From positions 1 to 46,999 of the IMG/VR virus record IMGVR_UViG_3300016476_001496: DNA of 46,999 nt; one strand, given 5' to 3'. Made by a program: the position numbers and the translations under genes. This stretch comes from a virus. Lineage: Duplodnaviria > Caudoviricetes. The notes beneath the pieces were generated by a model, which worked only from the letters and a program-made list of their open reading frames with translations, searched no databases and was not told where the DNA came from. Below are positions 44,117-46,999 of this stretch, piece after piece (the stretch's first letter is position 1; each line of letters begins with the position of its first letter).

Positions 44117-46999
44117 ATGGATAAACAGTTATTAGATGGATTAGATAATTTATCAGAAGCTCTTGTAATGATTGCTGAGGCACTTGAAAAGAAAAATGAA
44201 AGTAGTAATAGTGCCACAACAAATGCTTTAGTAAGTGGTGACTTCACAACTCAAATTAAAGAGATTAATGTTAGTATCAAATCAATTAAGAAAGATACTA
44301 AGAAAATTCTTGAAAACCAACAAACTATATTAGAAATGTCTAAGAAAAAAGACAAGAAAAGTAGTTTAATTGAAGATGTTGGTGGTGATCAAAAAGCTGA
44401 AAGTAATCTTAAAAAAGGAGTTACAACTATTTTATTAATTGCTGCAGGTGTATTGGCCATAGGTATTGCATTTAAGTTAGTTGGTAATATAAACTTTTTA
44501 TCTGTAGTTGGTTTATCATTAGCAATTGTATTAGTATCAATTGCATTTGAGAAGATAGCCAAAATGAACATACCTATCAAAACTGCAGTTGACACATCTT
44601 TAGTTATGACAATTATGGCATTTGGTATAACTTTATCTTCTTGGGTTTTAAAAATGGTTACACCTATTGGACTTGGTCAAGCAGTAACTGCAATATTAAT
44701 AGCTGGTATGTTCTCAGTTATATCTTTTGGAATTGGTAAATTAATTAAAGCATTAGGTAAATCAGGAATGCAAGAGTTAGGTAAATCTATATTATTCTTA
44801 CCACTAATATTACCTGCTATAGCATTGGCAATTGCTTTGTCTTCTTGGGTTTTAAAAATGATAACTCCAATTTCATTTTCTCAAGCAATAACAGGTATTC
44901 TTATTGCAGGAATGTTTACTGTAATTGCGTATGGTATTGCTAAATTAGTTAGTGCTTTTAAGGATATGAAGGAAAATGAAATAGAGGCAGCAGTAATAGG
45001 ATTACCTTTACTTCTTCCTGCAATGGCATTAGCAATTTCAGTTTCATCATGGTTTTTAAAAATGATTATACCTATATCTTTAGGACAAGCACTTACTGCA
45101 ATATTAATTTCAGCAGTATATGTTGTTCTTTCTTATGGAATGGAGAAAATTGCAAAAAGTATTAGTAAGATGGATTGGAAGGATATTCCTAAAATTCCAG
45201 TATTCTTTACATTAATGGCATTAGCTATAGCATCTTCTGCATTTATATTCTCTAAATTCTCTAAGGAAATAAATGCAATAACATTTACTATGTTATTAAA
45301 AGTACTTGTAATAGGAGCAGCAATGGGTATAGTAATGATTATTGTTGGTGTTGCTATGAGAATGATGGGTAAACTATCAACTGGTGATGTTATAAAAGTA
45401 CCAGTTATATTTACCTTATTGGCAGCAGCAGTGGCACTTTCTGCTGCAATTTTCTACAATTATAGAAAAGAAATTGATGGGATAACATTCATGTCAATGT
45501 TTAAGATATTAGTATTTAGTGCTTGTTTAGCAATATCAGTAGCAATTTTAGCTGTTGGTGTTCTAATTGTAAATAAAATAGGTGGTCCTAAAGATTATAT
45601 TACAGGTGGTATATCAATACTAATTATTGCAGCAACAATAGCGGCAGCATCACAGATATTATCACTTGGTGATTACTCAGATGGTAAATACCCTGACTGG
45701 AAATGGTCATTAGGTGTAGGTCTATCATTAATTGCATTTGGTACAGCTGCTGTTATATTAGGAACAATTGCAATGAGTGGAGTTGGTGCACTTGCAATAC
45801 TAGCAGGTGCTGCTTCAATACTAGTAGTTGCAGGAACTATTGTTGCAACATCAATTATATTAGGTAAAGGTAAATATGATAAATACCCTACACTTGATTG
45901 GTCTTTAGGAGTAGGTTTAAGTATGACTGCATTTGGATTAGCAATGGGTGGTCTTGGAACTTTTATATTAGGTTCTCTTGGTCTTGGTATGCTAGCATTA
46001 ATGGCTGGTAAAGAGGCAGTACTAATGATTGCACAAACAATAGTTGATTCATCAGCAATTCTTCAAAAAGGTACCTATAGTGGTGGACCAACTAAAAAAT
46101 GGGCAGAAGGTATAGCATTGGCATTAGGTGCATTTGCACCGGTTTATAAGATGTTAAGTACTGGTGGTATAATGGATGTACTATTTGGTAGTGGACCATC
46201 ACCAAAACAATTCTCAGAGGGTATAATAACCGTATCAAAAGGTATAGTAGATGCTGCTAATTATTTTGCAGGTGCCAAAGTTGCATTTTCAGGTGGACCA
46301 TCTAAAAAATGGGCAGAAGGTGTAGGTACAGCCATTGCTGCATTTGCACCTGTTTATGAAGCACTTAGTAGTGGTGGATTCTTTAGTAATAAAGTCACAC
46401 CAGAAGATATGAAATCAGGAATTATAACTATATCAGATGGTATAATTGCAGCAGCTGATAAGTTTGGTAAAAGTATAGCCAAATTTGATTTATCAAAAGT
46501 ACCATCAGTGGATTGGGGTAAAAGAGTTTCATCTGCAATTATGTCATTTGCACCAGTATTTGACTTCATGAATGGTAGTGGTATGTTTAAAAGTAATAAA
46601 GGTGCTATAGATGATATGGTATATGGTATTAACTCAGTGGCACAAGCAATAATAACAGTTGCAAAAAGATTTTCTGTAGTAAAACCAGATATATGGAATT
46701 CTTATCCTAAAAAAGAATGGGTAAGCTCATTAAAATCATCAATAGGTTCTTTTGTATCAATAGTAAACTCACTAAAAGATACAGACTGGATTGAATTAGA
46801 CTCTGTTAACTCAGTTGCAAGAAGATTAGTAAATGCTGCAGTTATTCTATCTAAAGGTGACTTTAGTAAAAAAATTGATCCTAACTTTATTAAGAACTTA
46901 TCAACTAATGTTCTTGGATTTTCAACACTTGCAAAAAAATTAACTGAACTTAATAAAGGTACTGGTTTAGTCAAAAGTATGTTTGGTTTAGACCCTGTA
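44117..46999 (+). CDS. Putative tape measure protein (partial, runs off window)
   Basis: Open frame from ATG 44117 (MDKQLLDGLDNL) to the window end (961 codons), absent from the ORF track because it has no stop; A/G/I/L-rich helical repeats; AATATATA at 44105-44112. Confidence 0.7.
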   Translation, partial: MDKQLLDGLDNLSEALVMIAEALEKKNESSNSATTNALVSGDFTTQIKEINVSIKSIKKDTKKILENQQTILEMSKKKDKKSSLIEDVGGDQKAESNLKKGVTTILLIAAGVLAIGIAFKLVGNINFLSVVGLSLAIVLVSIAFEKIAKMNIPIKTAVDTSLVMTIMAFGITLSSWVLKMVTPIGLGQAVTAILIAGMFSVISFGIGKLIKALGKSGMQELGKSILFLPLILPAIALAIALSSWVLKMITPISFSQAITGILIAGMFTVIAYGIAKLVSAFKDMKENEIEAAVIGLPLLLPAMALAISVSSWFLKMIIPISLGQALTAILISAVYVVLSYGMEKIAKSISKMDWKDIPKIPVFFTLMALAIASSAFIFSKFSKEINAITFTMLLKVLVIGAAMGIVMIIVGVAMRMMGKLSTGDVIKVPVIFTLLAAAVALSAAIFYNYRKEIDGITFMSMFKILVFSACLAISVAILAVGVLIVNKIGGPKDYITGGISILIIAATIAAASQILSLGDYSDGKYPDWKWSLGVGLSLIAFGTAAVILGTIAMSGVGALAILAGAASILVVAGTIVATSIILGKGKYDKYPTLDWSLGVGLSMTAFGLAMGGLGTFILGSLGLGMLALMAGKEAVLMIAQTIVDSSAILQKGTYSGGPTKKWAEGIALALGAFAPVYKMLSTGGIMDVLFGSGPSPKQFSEGIITVSKGIVDAANYFAGAKVAFSGGPSKKWAEGVGTAIAAFAPVYEALSSGGFFSNKVTPEDMKSGIITISDGIIAAADKFGKSIAKFDLSKVPSVDWGKRVSSAIMSFAPVFDFMNGSGMFKSNKGAIDDMVYGINSVAQAIITVAKRFSVVKPDIWNSYPKKEWVSSLKSSIGSFVSIVNSLKDTDWIELDSVNSVARRLVNAAVILSKGDFSKKIDPNFIKNLSTNVLGFSTLAKKLTELNKGTGLVKSMFGLDPV

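Noticed and set aside
44050-46974. Minus-strand ORFs 44050, 44389, 46354 and 46702
   Set aside because: Antisense shadows of the long plus-strand ORF starting at 44117.
1-46999. Stop-codon reassignment as in some large phages
   Set aside because: Code 11 gives full-length conserved genes and near-complete coding density; TAG and TGA both terminate genes.

Overview
A very AT-rich, gene-dense segment of a large T4-like (myovirus/jumbo-type) phage genome, read in the standard genetic code. The host is probably a Bacteroidota bacterium, judging by TAnnTTTG promoters, no obvious Shine-Dalgarno sites and a Gly-resume tmRNA tag. The window holds the head module (major capsid, protease-scaffold fusion, portal, gp2, gp4), a late sigma factor, tail genes (gp15-like, gp25-like, fibre, partial tape measure) and replication/metabolism genes (clamp loader, ThyA, Dam, PolA-like). 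It also holds a tmRNA gene, RNase R and a stand-alone NFACT-R protein. Two protein-tag systems stand out. (1) About 10 small, mostly non-late proteins share an R-x-x-K-(I/L)-x-x-(L/I)-(L/I) helix, and at least five of them are truncated or degenerate copies of capsid or prohead-protease pieces, suggesting a decoy/mimic system. (2) About 11 mostly late-promoter proteins, several of them enzymes, start with a T4 capsid-targeting-like leader, suggesting packaged, injected cargo. Three promoter classes are readable directly from the DNA. All protein calls are motif recognition by eye; no database search was run.
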